Below are positions 1 through 13,600 of a stretch of 64,000 nt of DNA, piece after piece. This DNA comes from Ptychomitrium polyphyllum (Eukaryota). Under the pieces are notes generated by a model that had not been told where the DNA came from, searched no databases, and was given only the letters and a program-made list of their open reading frames with translations. Each line of letters starts with the position of its first letter. Within the stretch, counting starts at the first letter, position 1. The translations under genes and the position numbers were made by a program. The stretch lies in assembly GCA_973851085.1 (NCBI GenBank), contig OZ316775.1, positions 8,494,001 to 8,558,000 on the forward strand. The letters are read 5' to 3'.

Positions 1-1020
1 ATGCCCTCAAGTAAAAACTACAATATACATACTAACAACATCCCCGAACTCCCGAGTCACCCCACGCCGTTTCCCCCATTGACTGCCACGACTTCCATGC
101 CAGGCTAGGAAGATAGATCGGACCATCACCATAGACAGAAACGATGTGCTCCACAGCAGCGGCAGCAGCGTCTTACCTAAGAAAAGGAGTGATATCGGAA
201 GAGCTAGTGAAGGGGGACGCTGTAACACGATAAGCAGTGGCGACGAAGGCAGCACAAGCCACCAAAGCAAAGCGTATACTGCAAACTGCAAATGCAAACA
301 GGAAAGAACGAAAAGAAGGCACACCACGCTCTCACTGCGTTAGGGTTTCCAGGAATACACACAAGGCAGTCTCCCTTCAGGAATATATCCCCGAAAACTG
401 TCACTATAAGGACCAGCTATCTACAGAAGGAGAACACTTTAATGATATAATCCTGTAAGCCGCGTAGATAATGCAGAGTCTAAGATATAAATGGAAATCC
501 ACAATCTTCGCTGTTTCCGTCAGCAACTAGCGGTTCACATTCCATCCTAAAAATTTACAGAGGCGTACATAAAGTGGAAATCGTTCACAAGGACCGTCAC
601 TGTATATGACCACATCATCTAGGGAATTTTCTGATTTTATGACAACAGCATGTTAGCAGTTGGTAAAAGCGAAGGTTTCGAATATGCATTCCGTTCATAG
701 CCTCGACATCATCAACAGTTTATGTAAACTTCTTGCCATAGGAAGTGTTGGATTGGTAGATATAGTTGGTTTTTGTGTATGCATTTCTTATAAGCCCCGG
801 CTCGGAATGGCAAGAGACGTCGGGCGTTCCTGTGATTTGTGCCAGACGATTCCACTCGTGCCCGTTCTGAGTCGTTCCCAAGGTTGGCGCCTTCGATTTC
901 TTCCATGGCGATCCAAGTGCTAACGGGACATCGGTCCATCCCGGTTGGTAATTGGCCGTTGCCTAGGGTGTGTGGCAGCCGCACCGCAGCCGCCACCAGC
1001 TTTGTTTAGGGTTTTCGTTT
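1..1020 (-). promoter_or_regulatory. Probable 5' end (promoter/5'UTR/first exons) of a minus-strand gene running off the left edge
   Basis: CpG-containing island against AT-rich background; telo-box TTAGGGTTT (AAACCCTAA on minus) at 340-348 and 1006-1014; candidate minus-strand acceptor near 452 and donor near 177. No recognisable protein. Confidence 0.35.
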
Positions 1021-3916
1021 GACTTCAGGCAAACAGCCCATTTTTACCACCCTTTCATATCCATCAGTTATAAAAGATTCATAATTACTGAGTACATTTT
1101 TAAGAACCATTAGCAGTAAAATAAGGTGAAAAATGGATGAGATAAGGGTGATAGTTGGGTTAAAATCGAACGTAAATGGACTCATGAGGTGGTGATAATG
1201 GAAAGAAAGGTAAATTTTTATTATATTTTTAAAATATAATGATATATTAAATATGGGCTTCCTTCATGGAGGTCTTTGAGTGAATTTTATTACAATGTGC
1301 ATGCATTGAGTGGTGATTGTTAGAAGTTTGGGTGGTTAAGCGGTTGGCCTACTAGGTGTTAAGAAATTTACAAGAATTTGTTTTGAGGATGCATGCCTAA
1401 TTCAAATTTAATAAAAAGATTATAATTTATTTTGCATTAAAATCTAAATCTTACTTTCTACTTAAAACAATCATTGTAAAACGTTTCCAAAATCTATATA
1501 AATATTTAAAAACATAATTTTTAGCTTGGTAAATGTTTATTCCATTGTAATTTTAATTCTTAGGTGGCATTTATATTAACCATTATAACTTTCTTAATGA
1601 ATTCTCATAAATTTGAAGCATTGCAAAAAATTTAATAAAAAACTAATTTGCATGGTTGGAAACCATCATCTTTAGTTTGGAAGTAGAAAGATGAATGAAG
1701 TTGCAGATTGTTAATAATTTTTAATCTTTTTATTTTTTCAAAACAATTATATTTCAAACATTTAAGAAGTTTCTACTAATTTTGTTTTTTTTACTTTAAT
1801 TTTTCAAAAAAAACTAAAACAATTGTGATATCTTTTATTATGCAATGCTTCATATATTATAACTTTCATATTATTCATTTTTATAATGTTCTCATTATAA
1901 ATTCATATTTTATTGCAAATGTTTTATATAATGATAATTGTAAATAAAAATGAATAAAAACACGAAGAATTATAAAGTTTGAATTAATTCGTTTTAAAAT
2001 ATCATCCATTAACTATTAACTATCTCATCCACTTTTCACCTTACTGCCAATGATAATTAATAGTTAACTATTAAGTATGAACATTAATTATTAACCATTT
2101 ATATTAACCAAAAACAAATTGAACAAGAAAAATAATGCTTATATATTTCAATCTTAAAGAAGAAAAAAGAACAACATTCTAATTTAAACATGGCTAATAT
2201 AAAAAAGTATCTAAATAGAAACCCCAAAAAATATTTATGCTTATTTTTACCTATTACAAGATATTATAATTTACATGTATTTGTTGGCAACTTTCTTATT
2301 GTATTATTGACTTTATAATTCTATCCAATGATTTGGTGCTCTTTTCAACTTCCATCTTTTGTTGTCATTTCTACCAATTCTAATTCTTAGCAAATTTTGT
2401 TGTTTTAATGTATATAATTGTTAATATTGTTGTAAAATTATCATCACTTTATTATTACATTGTGTGTAAAAAAACTATGGCATTTAAAAAAATAATTAAA
2501 TGGTTATTAATTGCTAATTATGAGAATATATAATTCTTGAACATTTGAAGAAAAAATGAATTTAGGCTTGCTTTTATTTATTTATGGAATTCTTATAATT
2601 TATAAGATTGTGGAAATAAAATAGTGGCTTATATGATTATTCATCCAAAATTACTCATATGTAAAAAGCCCAATAATATATAAAGATTTTTTTATTAACT
2701 TATATCAAAATTTCATGTCAAACGGATTATTACAATTTGTAATAGTAATGAAGAAATTACTTGTGCAATATAATCTATATACTTGTTATAATATGATTTA
2801 AAATTTTTATGCTTTTATCATAATAAATGTATCATATACATTGCAAATCTTGTATATATATTTTTTTATTTTTATTTTTATTTTTTATTTTTTATTTTAT
2901 ACAAATAATGTTAACTTTTATTATAATGTATACAAACTTGTAGTATTAAATGTGTTTGTATTTAATTTACAAACTTACAAAATTCTTGTAGAATAAATTA
3001 TTTTTTCTTACAAATTATAAGAATAGCACTAATATTGATTTATTGGATCTAAAATTCAATACTATTAAATGATTGTTGTTAGTATTGTTCACTATTAATT
3101 TATATACAAAAAAATGTAAATTTAAGATTATAAAATTTAAAATTTTCAACCAAGATTATTAATGTATGTGTATATTATTTTGATTTTAAGTTGTAACGTT
3201 TTGGCAATAGGAGTTTGTTTGGAAACCAGGTTTTTTTTTCTTTTGCTTTTATTTTTCAAAGTCTTTGCTTTAAATCTAAGATTATTTAAGTGCCTATTCT
3301 ATATCTCTCTTCTTCCTTCCTATTATTTTTTAGATTTCTTGTTTAATAATTATACATTCTAATAAGCAGTGCAACATAATAAATTAAATTATTTTATTTT
3401 TTCTTTATTTTTGCTTAAATATACATCAATATATCTTATTTTCTTTTGTAATTAATTTCCACACCTTTACAATCTATTTCATAAAAATTTACAAATTCTA
3501 CAAAGTGAAGTTTCTATTTTTTTCATCACTTTGAATTCAACATTGTTTGATTGATTCATGGTTGAATAAAAAATAACAAAGAAAGCCAAATAACAAAGAT
3601 AGCTTTAATAAACATAATTGTTAATAAATACTTCTTGAATTGCATCACTTGTAAAGATAGCAGTTATATACACTTGCTCTTCATGATTTAACAAAGAAAG
3701 TATTTGATGTACACAAGTATCATTCATTAATTGTTTAAATATATTGAAATTACAACATATTGACATAAGAAACAATATAATACTTCTGTATTGCTATTGG
3801 ATCTTTATTTGCAAATGTATATTTATATGGCCTAGTTTCATCACTATATGAAAATATGTAGGATGGTATACAAAATCTTTATGAATTGTATGGATAATTA
3901 TACAAGAGAACTCAAT

Positions 3917-6900
3917 ATTAAAGATATAAGATACAAAAAAGTAGGCAAGAAGTGGTTTCAAGAATTAGCCTTTAAGAAGCTATTAAATAACAATAATTAA
4001 TGCAAGAACAAAAAACAAGGCAACACAATGTATGTGCTTCATAGCTTGTGTTTGCAAAATTAAAGTGTATTTCATCTTGCTTCTAATTTATACAATGAAG
4101 CCTATGTTTCTTAAAATAATTCTTAAAAAGTGTCTTATAAAAATTATAGAATGTTTTAAAGGTTTATAAAACCTTCATAAGGAATTTTCCAAGGAGGTAG
4201 AAGATGGTAGAAGCTATTGGAATCTATTGAAAGGTTCTTAAATGTTGTTGGAAGCTATTATAAGCTATTGTATTGGAACTTTCTTTGGAATTATGTTGCA
4301 AGATGTATGTTTGTAACATCAATTTCTCTTTCAGCAACAAGTTCCACAAGGAATGCTTGCTAAGGCTTGACTTTCACACTCTTACATTTTTAAGAAATTA
4401 AGAAATTGCCAAACAAGAGAAGTAATGTATTTCATTTAATGTACTCGGTCTACAAGTTCTATTGGTATTTTAGGCAATGTTTATGACCATCAATCAAGAC
4501 TTTGATTATTAAAGAATTCCAATTTAGAATTTGATCCTTATTGAATACTTTAAAACATCTTTCATTAAAAATCTTTCATCTACCAAGAATAATTCTTCTA
4601 ACTTTCAATATGATAACCAACGTTTGGGCATTTGAAATAAGTCTAGTATGTAAAGGAAAATCCTTAGGTATCAAAGGTTGTGCAAATTGAAAATTTAAAC
4701 AACTATCTATTATGCAAGTCCATAATAACACAAAGGTTTGACATGCTTGCTAGCAATATAAGTATAAAGATACTTTATTTTAAACATACAACTACATACA
4801 AGTGAAGATTGAATAGGCTTCCAATTTCTTATCTTCATTTGATAATAATGAGTATGTTTTATGAAATTGAACAATTGTTTAACTTTACATAACATGCCAT
4901 TATTGCAAATATCTTTGATGAAATCCTAAAAACTTTTTAGATGCATTGATAACATTGATTAATAATTCCTACGTTTATTCATTGAAGCCATATTCTTGCC
5001 ATTGAAGGAAGTACTCCAAGCTCACATTGTAAATGTGTAAACCAAATATTTCTTCAATTTTATACTTCATGTTACATGCATGGTATTAGATGCTAAATAC
5101 GTCAAATAAATGCTTTGTAGTTTAGTTTAAGGTGTTTTCCATCTAATTAGTGTATGTTCTAAGTTAATCAAGATTTGGAAGATGTGTTAAATTGGAGAGT
5201 CTCCTATAGCTTGACATTTTTTTTAGTCAAGTCTTGTAAATGTTGCCTTGATAGAGAAGGATCTTGCCAAGGTTTGCTTGAAGATGGTTGTACAATCATT
5301 TAATAATGCTTTAAGCTTCTTCTTACACTTTGCACATTTGATTTTTTCCTAGTGGAATAAGAATTAACTTAACTACTTTTGTAATTTCAGCTTTATTCTT
5401 TAGAATCCTATTTGTGATGATTGTTCAATTTGATATTATTAATTACAAATTTAATGATGGTTAAAGAACTCATTATGTTGGTGTACAAAAACCTTTATTT
5501 ATACAATATTTATTTTATTAAAAGAATTTAGTCAAAAAAAGCAATTGAAGAATTGTTTCTAACATACATAATTTATTGTAGAATTCCACTAATGACACAT
5601 GAAACACTAGATGGTTTTGCATGGTTATTGGTAATTAAAGCAAAAACTATCTAGATTAATTTGATTTATGACTTTAAATGGTTTAATTTGTTGATAGTCC
5701 AATTTTTTAATGGCGTCTTTATTTATATATTTTATGGCAAAAGGCATACATGATTTCCAATCTTGAACTCAAGATGGACTTTTTTATAAACATTTACATG
5801 CTTCTTATATCAATCTCTTGATTGAATTTGTTAAAAATTGAATTTCGCATAGATCTTTGCAAGATAAATAGCAAATCTTTTTATTGTAGGGCTTTCAACA
5901 TATTTTATTTGAAATGAATTTGATTGTGAATATTGGCTATAATTTGTAAAATATAAAATTAATTTTATTGGTTGTTGCCATGTATTATTGTAAGCAAAAT
6001 TTGCCAAATGTAAAAGATCCATTTAATTATTTTGTTGGTGGTTAATGTTGCAATGAAGATACTATTCCAAAACTTACTTCATTTGTTTTATTTGGACCTC
6101 AATCTCAAAATAAAGTGTTGTGAAAAGATTGATTCTTCTGAATAAAAGTTAAAGTGATTCTTTTAAAAACTTGAACATAACTTGCGCTCTATAATTGAAC
6201 ATAATATCAATTGGTGGTCTAAAAATGTAATAGATATTGTGTAAAAAAAAGCTTAATAATTTATTCTCCTTTTATTGTCTTTTTGTATGAAATGAAATGC
6301 AGTCCTTTGAATTGGAGCTGAAAAGGTCTATAATGAAATCCATTCATATGAATAACCATGGACCATGAAGGATCAAAAGTGAATGGAAGAAACCATGGAG
6401 TTGATATTTACATATTTTGTATAAGAGTCACATAATTTTAAGAATTCTTTTACATACTTCCACATTTGTGGTCACCAATAATTATTGGCAATTAATAACA
6501 TTGTCTTGTTGAATTCAAAATGCTCATGTGCAAAAAATTCATAGTGTGTTTAAAAGATCTTAAATTGTATGGATCCTAAATAGATACAAAAGTATTTTGT
6601 TATAAAGTAGGTCCTCTCAAAGAAGCATTTTGCATTCTTGTATTCTCTTTTAATATGATGGTGCTTATTTTAATTTCTTATCTATATGAATTCCATCCTT
6701 ACAATTTTATTATATCCTTTAATTAAGGACTGGTAGAAAACGCACTTCTATAATTTGATATGTAGTTTTATTATCCTAGTTTTTCCAAAACCAATTGCAT
6801 GTAAATTTTATGATCATTTTCATCTTTTGAATATACCAAGATATCATCCAAATAGATGACCACAAAATTATTCTAATGCTTATAAAAGACATCATTTATC

Positions 6901-7850
6901 ATATTATTGGATCATTTATGAGGCCAAAGGGCATAACATTGTGTTCAAAGTAGCTATATTTGGATCAAAAATTGTCTCTTGTTCATTTCTTCCTTTAATC
7001 TTTATGAGGTTGTAGGCTCTTATAAAATCAATCATGTTGAAGATCTTTGCTTGGCCATATTGTTGCAAAAGTTTAAGAACAATGATAAGGAATATCAATG
7101 CTCCTTAATCACCTTGTTAAGGCTTTGTTAATGCATACAAATTTTTAAAGTTCCATGTTTCTCCTTTACAAATAGAATGAATATTCTAGCAAGTGATTTG
7201 GAATGTTAGCTATAGCCTTTTCTAAGATTATCATTAGTATAATTTCTCAATGTTGTCTATTCCATTTATGTAAAAAATTTGAATTTTTTTTTGAAAAGGC
7301 CTAGGAGGTAGTTGTGCTTCCTCTTGTAGCTCAATAGTGCAATTATAAGGTCAATGATTTAATAATATATTTGCATTTTTCTTCTCAAATATGTCCTTAA
7401 AGTCTTGGTATTGATATAATATTTTTTAAACAACTTTTTCTATAGCAATAGTCATTAGCATTGCATAGAATGCAAGTACAACAACTTCCTTTGTTGCTCT
7501 CATGAATGTTTTAGCTTCGACAAATGATGGCTTAAGGTGGCTTGTACATTTTTATCTTGTTTATAAAATAATAGTTTGTAAGCACTACTTGATAATGGAG
7601 CTTTATAACTCAAACCAAGGTATAGCCAAGACTATTGATTTTGTTCAACATTAAAAATGTTAAAAATGATCTTGAACACTTGGTCTTCTAATATAACTTT
7701 AAAAGGTAGCGTTTTTTCTATAATATTTTTAAATGGAAGATATTATTCATCCAAAACTTCCAAAGGTGGACGATGATTCTTCTTTGTAAGCACCAAATGA
7801 TATTTGATTGTACAATTGTTGTCCAACGTACTTATGGTAAAAATACATCT
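3917..7850 (-). mobile_element. Old, heavily decayed Ty3/Gypsy chromovirus copy (3' LTR ~3917-4318 plus pol remnants)
   Basis: LTR-like text resembling 19990-20591 ends ...TGTAACA at 4318, followed by a decayed PPT. Integrase remnant MDLLHLANFAYNNT (5831-6022), RT remnant (6916-7098) and a YQDFKDIFEKKNANIL-like segment near 7330-7415 match the younger copies. Confidence 0.8.
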
Positions 7851-8469
7851 TTATAGTTGTTACAATTTGATGATTTGATCTTCATTAGAAGCAGTAAGTA
7901 AGGCTCCAAGAAGCTTATAGAAGAAAATAAATCTTTGCATGCTATATATCTAAAATTTGTGTAAAAAATTCTACTTCATTAAGTTTGTTTTTTTTTAAAA
8001 TGTTTAAAGTGTTTAAAGCTTTTATATTATCAAAATTGCCCTAGATTCATGGTGGCGGTCATATAAATTATCACTATAAAATTACAAACTTTTACATATT
8101 GAAATGGAAATAACCTTCAAATATGGAAATTCTCACATCTTATGATTCCATGTATGGTGCATTGTTAAGGATAAATTGGTATATTGAACATTTTCAAACT
8201 CCTCCTTATTATTTTATTTTCATTTTTTGATTATGGTGAATTAATTAAAATACTTATTTTAAAACCAAATAGCTTCCTTCTTCAAATATCTATAAGTCGT
8301 GCTACATTCAAGCTTAATCATGTTCTTTACAAATCCTTTCAATTCCTTCATGTAATGTTCAAAAGGATATATCCACCTTGTTTGCAATAAACCACATAAA
8401 AACACCTTAGTAGTAGGTGGATTTACAAATGTGTCATCATATCAAATGATGATGGAAAAAACTCTTTTT

Positions 8470-9410
8470 CTAGCATAAATATTATTTCTACAACATCCTC
8501 CATCCCACCCAACTCAGTATTCATGACAATGACTTTCTTGCAAATATTTTGAATGAATTGGCTGATGCGCATAAACAACAGCCATAACTTTTTCATTTTC
8601 AATATCTTGTAGGCACACCAGCAAAATGTTTTAGAAGAAAAGATTTACACCTTTTGGTTGTTCAGCATTTCATCAAGTATTTGTCCAAACAGGGCATTTG
8701 CATAGTTTGTGGGCATCTTTATGGTCTTCACAGAGTTTCTGCCCCCTGGAGGTCCACCTATTACAAAGTTCTGCCTTCTGAAGTCTACATCAAGCTTACG
8801 GATCAGAATCCATGAGTAGATTGTTGGTAGCCGTAGCCATGTTAATCTTTGCTTGTGACATGGTGGTCATAAATGTTTAGAACACAAATCTGCAAATCAA
8901 GAGGTTGAACTGAATAATGATTATCTGCTGATAAACCTGCATTTATTACTTAGACAGATGATGTAATTGCCTGAAGTGCTCTGGGATGTAGGTGGTACAC
9001 ATTTCAAACTGAAAAACTTACATCCTCTCGGTACTATATAGAGTCATTGATGTAGAACAACTTTGAAAATTGTAATAAATACCATGCTTCAAAATACCTG
9101 ATGTAATGAATGCCATTATATAGAATCCCCTTTTGATAGTAGAGAAAGAGGTGACGTTGTTATGTACATGAAGGATAATGCTATGACTTGCATGCACCAT
9201 AAACTCAAAGCATTTTCTTTCAAACAGTAGTCATGTGTGATGTATCCTTTCTTTCCTTCTCTGCTACCTAGCTCCATTCAACTTTGCTGCACATTGTATG
9301 ACCCAGGTCACCCTCCCTTTGCTTACTTAGTTCATCCATGTGGGGATTTTCTCTACTTTTTGCTCTGTCAATATGAGCTATTTGCCCAACTGAACCATGT
9401 CATGATTGAT
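8470..9410 (-). pseudogene. Possible decayed spliced protein-coding gene of unknown family
   Basis: Minus-strand acceptor (ttttcttatgcag) near 9410 and donor (cag|gtattt) near 9098 bound a frame MTWFSWANSSY*QSKK*RKSPHG*TK*AKGG*PGSY..., whose stops are compatible with C>T of CGA/CAG/CAA. A further coding-like stretch lies at 8470-8830. Confidence 0.3.
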
Positions 9411-9899
9411 CTGCATAAGAAAATACAAATACAATTGGCTTGACTTTGTTATGCTTCTTGTGAATAAACAATTCTTAATCCTAAAGAAAGTTTTCACTTC
9501 AAGCTTCATTGCTTTCAGTTTGCCAAAAGGAAACGAAAGAACATGCACACTGAGGACTATTGTCACTGCACACATGACAAGCAAAGGATCTTCATCTACC
9601 CCTGCCGCATCCATCCCTAGCAAAGATGAAGATTCCGAACTTCCGTATACTAGTGGTCAAATTCGAATCTGGAACCCACACCGTCAAAATGCAAATGCAA
9701 GAAAGGGACTCATGACGACGAAGCCACACTGCATGCCAGCGGAAAGCAAAGGGCAGAAGTGGCACCCACCAACACCGCCACATGCCACTCAACTGAAGGC
9801 TGTCACACTGCCAGGTCAGCGAATAACCACAAATTCGGGGCAGCCATGGCTTAGTATTGAACTGCTGCCCGGACGACCGACCACGCACTGCCAGACTTC

Positions 9900-10062
9900 C
9901 CTTCTCCGCCCTTTCCCGAGTCAAGGTGTCCTCTTCCCTTCACAAGCTCTAAGTTTCCTCGTTTTGGCACAAGTTTCTGCAAAGTTTGCTCCGTTCCTCG
10001 CCATAGCCAACTCCTGTGAGAGCGTGACCTGCTACCCAACTCTGCGGTTTATATTTTCTCAG
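9900..10062 (+). promoter_or_regulatory. Probable non-coding first exon upstream of reticulon copy 1
   Basis: Pyrimidine-rich leader ending ttttctcag|GTAAGG at 10062/10063; residual similarity to 39530-39669 upstream of copy 2. Confidence 0.5.
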
Positions 10063-10687
10063 GTAAGGCACAGTCTCTGGCCTTCTGAAGGCGATCTTTA
10101 CTGCTCAACGTCTCGTCGATCTCTCTACCCTTGCGTGAAATCGCTTTGAATGTGAGCTTTACTCGAGAGTTCGGGAATCTGGATATTGAACGTTGAGGCT
10201 TTCCTGTTCTTGGGACATCTTTCTTCTGCTAATAGTTTCCGGTGTATGAAAGGTTTAGGGTAAGTAGCGAGCTTATCCGTTTAGGGTCCGGAATGCCTCG
10301 TACAGGAGTGAGAGGGTTGATGGTGCTTAAGAGTCGCAGGTCGTCAAATAATATCGTGAGACGGTTTAAAGCTTACGTACTGGTGCGTCATTGCTCCTTG
10401 CCGCCCGAAACTGCAGGCCGGACAGTTCACTACTGTCTAAATATTTTTCCGTCATTACTATTTCCTTCTCCGCGTCTCTTCCTCTACCACTACGGACTCA
10501 ATCGTGGAGGACAGTAATATCATGAGGGTAAGCAATCTATTGGGTTCACGCCCGAAGAACCACTTCCGTTGGGTAGTCACTGTCTAAAAACAAATCGACT
10601 GCTTCTTTTTCATGGTTTTGGCTTATTCAATCGTAGGCAAACCAGTGTTAAGATCCTTTGCTGCGTTCCGTTCACTCCAGTTCATGA

Positions 10688-13600
10688 AACGCCGAATTGC
10701 AGTCCACAGAACGACCTTTCGCTATACAAGGCTTCAGTGCTATCCGATAGCGAGGTCAAGCCATGGTGGCAGAGCACATGTACCGAGACTGGGTTTCTGC
10801 TGGCCCCTGTTTCGAGAGCTGGAGGCCTGTGCACGATGGCCAGGGTTTGGTACGTCTAGAGCGATTTTGAGCACACGACCCGTCGATCTTGGGGAGTCGG
10901 CTCTGAGCAGCGGGGGTGGATGGTGTGAGACAGTTTTGGAGAGCGTCGTGTCGGCGGGTAGTGCAGGACGTGGTCAACTAGCCGGCTGAGGTGGACGATT
11001 GGCAATGTTTGCCCTCTCGCAGCCGTGGTGTGTCGGACGCATTCCGAGGCCAGAGGGCTCGTTGCGCATCGTGGGCCAGCGAGATGTGTTGAAATCTGGC
11101 GTCGGTGCATCCGGTTTGGGAGGTGGATGAAGCAGGAGGGCCTCATCGTAGGTAGTGCGGAGAGATCGGAGCCAGAGCCCTGTGCTGGGTGAAGAGCGTA
11201 GGGGTTCGAATCTCGGAGTCTGTCCGGTTTCAGCGCCCGTGCGTGCTGATCGCATCGCCGCAGACCGGCACGTTGCCGAGAGTTGTGTGAGGCATCCGGG
11301 CGCTGTGGTGAGTGTGCCAGCGCTGCGTGAGATGGATGGTGTATCCCGCACACGAAGTGAGCCGCATCTCCTCGTGCGTGTGTCGGGGAGGTTTGGACTG
11401 CGGGATGTCGAGATGCGTGGAGGGTTGAGGGCGATGTGTAGCCGGTGTTAACCGGAGCCATCGTCCGGCGAGCAGTGGGAGTTTGTGCGACGGTGGCTAT
11501 GTCGGGTTTGCGCTTGTGTGGTGGACGAGATTCGGTGCTGGGCTGATTCGTGAGCTGGTTGTTTCCTCCTGTGTCCGTTGGTTGTGAAATCTGGCGCCTG
11601 TGTGGAGGGGCACGGCCGCGGGAAACTGAGTGGGGGGCGTTTTGGGGTGTGCAGAGCGAATTGACTGGGCCGGAGTTGACCTTTGAAGGCGAGCACCATG
11701 TCGGAGCAGAGTGATGTGACGCAGAACGTCCCGGACCCCGTGATGGAGAACGTGAGCAGGATGCCCGCTTCTCAGACGGGTCCGATTTCGCAGTACGGAC
11801 CCGGCAACCGGTTCTTGACCAAGGACAGGACAGTGCACCAGATTCTAGGCGGAGGTCGAGGTAAGGCCCACGCATCTCTGGAGGAGCTGACAGTGCAGGC
11901 GCGGAGTGCGGAATCTGCCGGGTTCAGGCAGGGTCCGGTGTCCGGGTGGTCGGCGAACTGATCCGTTGGTGTTGGGTGTGGATGCAGCTGCCGATTCGGC
12001 TCTCTGGAGGGACAAGTATCTGTCGGCTGGGACTCTGGGCGGGTCGACGCTGGTGTGGTTTCTGTTGGAGAAGTCCGGGTACACGTTCATGACGCTGCTG
12101 TGCAACATTCTGATGTTCGCGGTGGTGATTCTGTTCGTGTGGTCGAACGTGGCCGCCCTGCTGCACAGGTTTGTGTCCGAGACCTGAATGTGACGGGTTC
12201 GTGGGAGATGGGCAATGAGATGGATGGTGGGAACGGGTGACGCCGCGTAAGGGACTCGGGTCTGTGCGGGTTCGTGACGCCGTAGGAGTCGGGTTTGGTT
12301 GTGAACGGAGACGTGTCTGCCAGCGGTGGCGAGGAGTTGGTGGGGACTGATGGGGTTACGGTGGGATTGTGGGTGTCAGAGCTGGCCCACCAGTACCGGA
12401 GCTGTCGCTGTCGGAGGATTTCGTTCTGAGCACAGCAAGCATGGTGCGCAACGACGTGAACAGGGCCCTGGCGATCGCGCGGGACGTCGCTCTGGGCAAG
12501 GATTTCAAGCTGTTTTTGCTGGTGAGCTGCGGTCATGCGAGCTGGGTAGGGGTCGACGGCAGGACGGTCGGGATGATTGTTGTAGGAGCGGAGGTCGAGG
12601 TTGTGTCGGAGCCCGTGGGCCGTTGCTGTGGGCGGTCGGGGAGTTGTGAGGAGCTGAACGGGGATGTGTGGCATGGGGCGCAGGTGATCGCGTTCCTGTA
12701 CGTTGTGTCGACGGTGACGGCGTGGTTCAACTTCCTGACGTGCGTGTGGATCGGTAAGCGGGCTGTGCCTTGGAGGAAGGACATGATGTGGTTGTGGGAT
12801 GGGCGGAGTGAGCCGACGGTGGCAGTGGGCACGGTTGATCGTGCGAGTCGCTGACATGATGGGCGTGTGGCAGGTATCGTGTTGCTGCACATCGTTCCGT
12901 TCATCTACGACAAGTACGAGGACGTGATCGACCACCACGCGAGGAGGGCGGCAGACGTAGCCAGCACCCACTACAAGAACGTGGACGCTGCGGTGTTGAG
13001 CAAGATCCCGAGGGCCCCGGCCAAGAAGAAGCTGTAGGTGCGCGAAGGTGGTGTCGGGCGATTGGGCGGGGGCCGCAGCGGGCGGGACGCAGCGCGAGAG
13101 GGGCGAGGGATATGTATATACGTACATACGTGGTGCACAGTAGGATTGGGGCGTATACCTTTGTGTTTTTGGATGTATGTAGCTCTGGAGTCGGCACTGT
13201 GCAGTATCGTAGGAGTAAGACGGATGGTCTGTAACGTGTACAGAATCCAGGTCTGTGGTTACGGAGGTTCCTTCATAAGTGGTGTCCGCGACGGGCATTT
13301 TTTAAAATCTAATTGGATCTTTCCCTTGATGTCGTGAGAGCGAGGGCGTGAGTGGGTGTCCGATGCGGGTGTCGTGGGTGCGGGCTTGCGGCGGTGCGTA
13401 GGAAGTGAGAACCGAGGCGCGGATCCTGAGGCCGTGGATGACGGGATCGCATCGCGCAGCGTACCGTCGCTGTGATGCGAGACGGTGAGTGTGAAGCAAG
13501 AGGTAGGTGTGGGTGGAAGATCCCGTCATCAACAGCCGAGGGTTCGGATGCTGTCGCTGTCGTTCCGGTGCGGCGGCATGTGCGGAAGCAACGGAACGCC

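Noticed and set aside
8600..8770. Glutaredoxin-like motifs (GPPGGRNSV; KV*IFSSKTFCWC) on the minus strand
   Set aside because: Matches are too short and not in a coherent domain arrangement.
9406..10149. 247 aa plus-strand ORF
   Set aside because: No recognisable domain; crosses a probable promoter and a splice donor.
11203..11212. GGTTCGAATC, resembling a tRNA T-loop/B-box
   Set aside because: No cloverleaf, acceptor stem or A-box around it.
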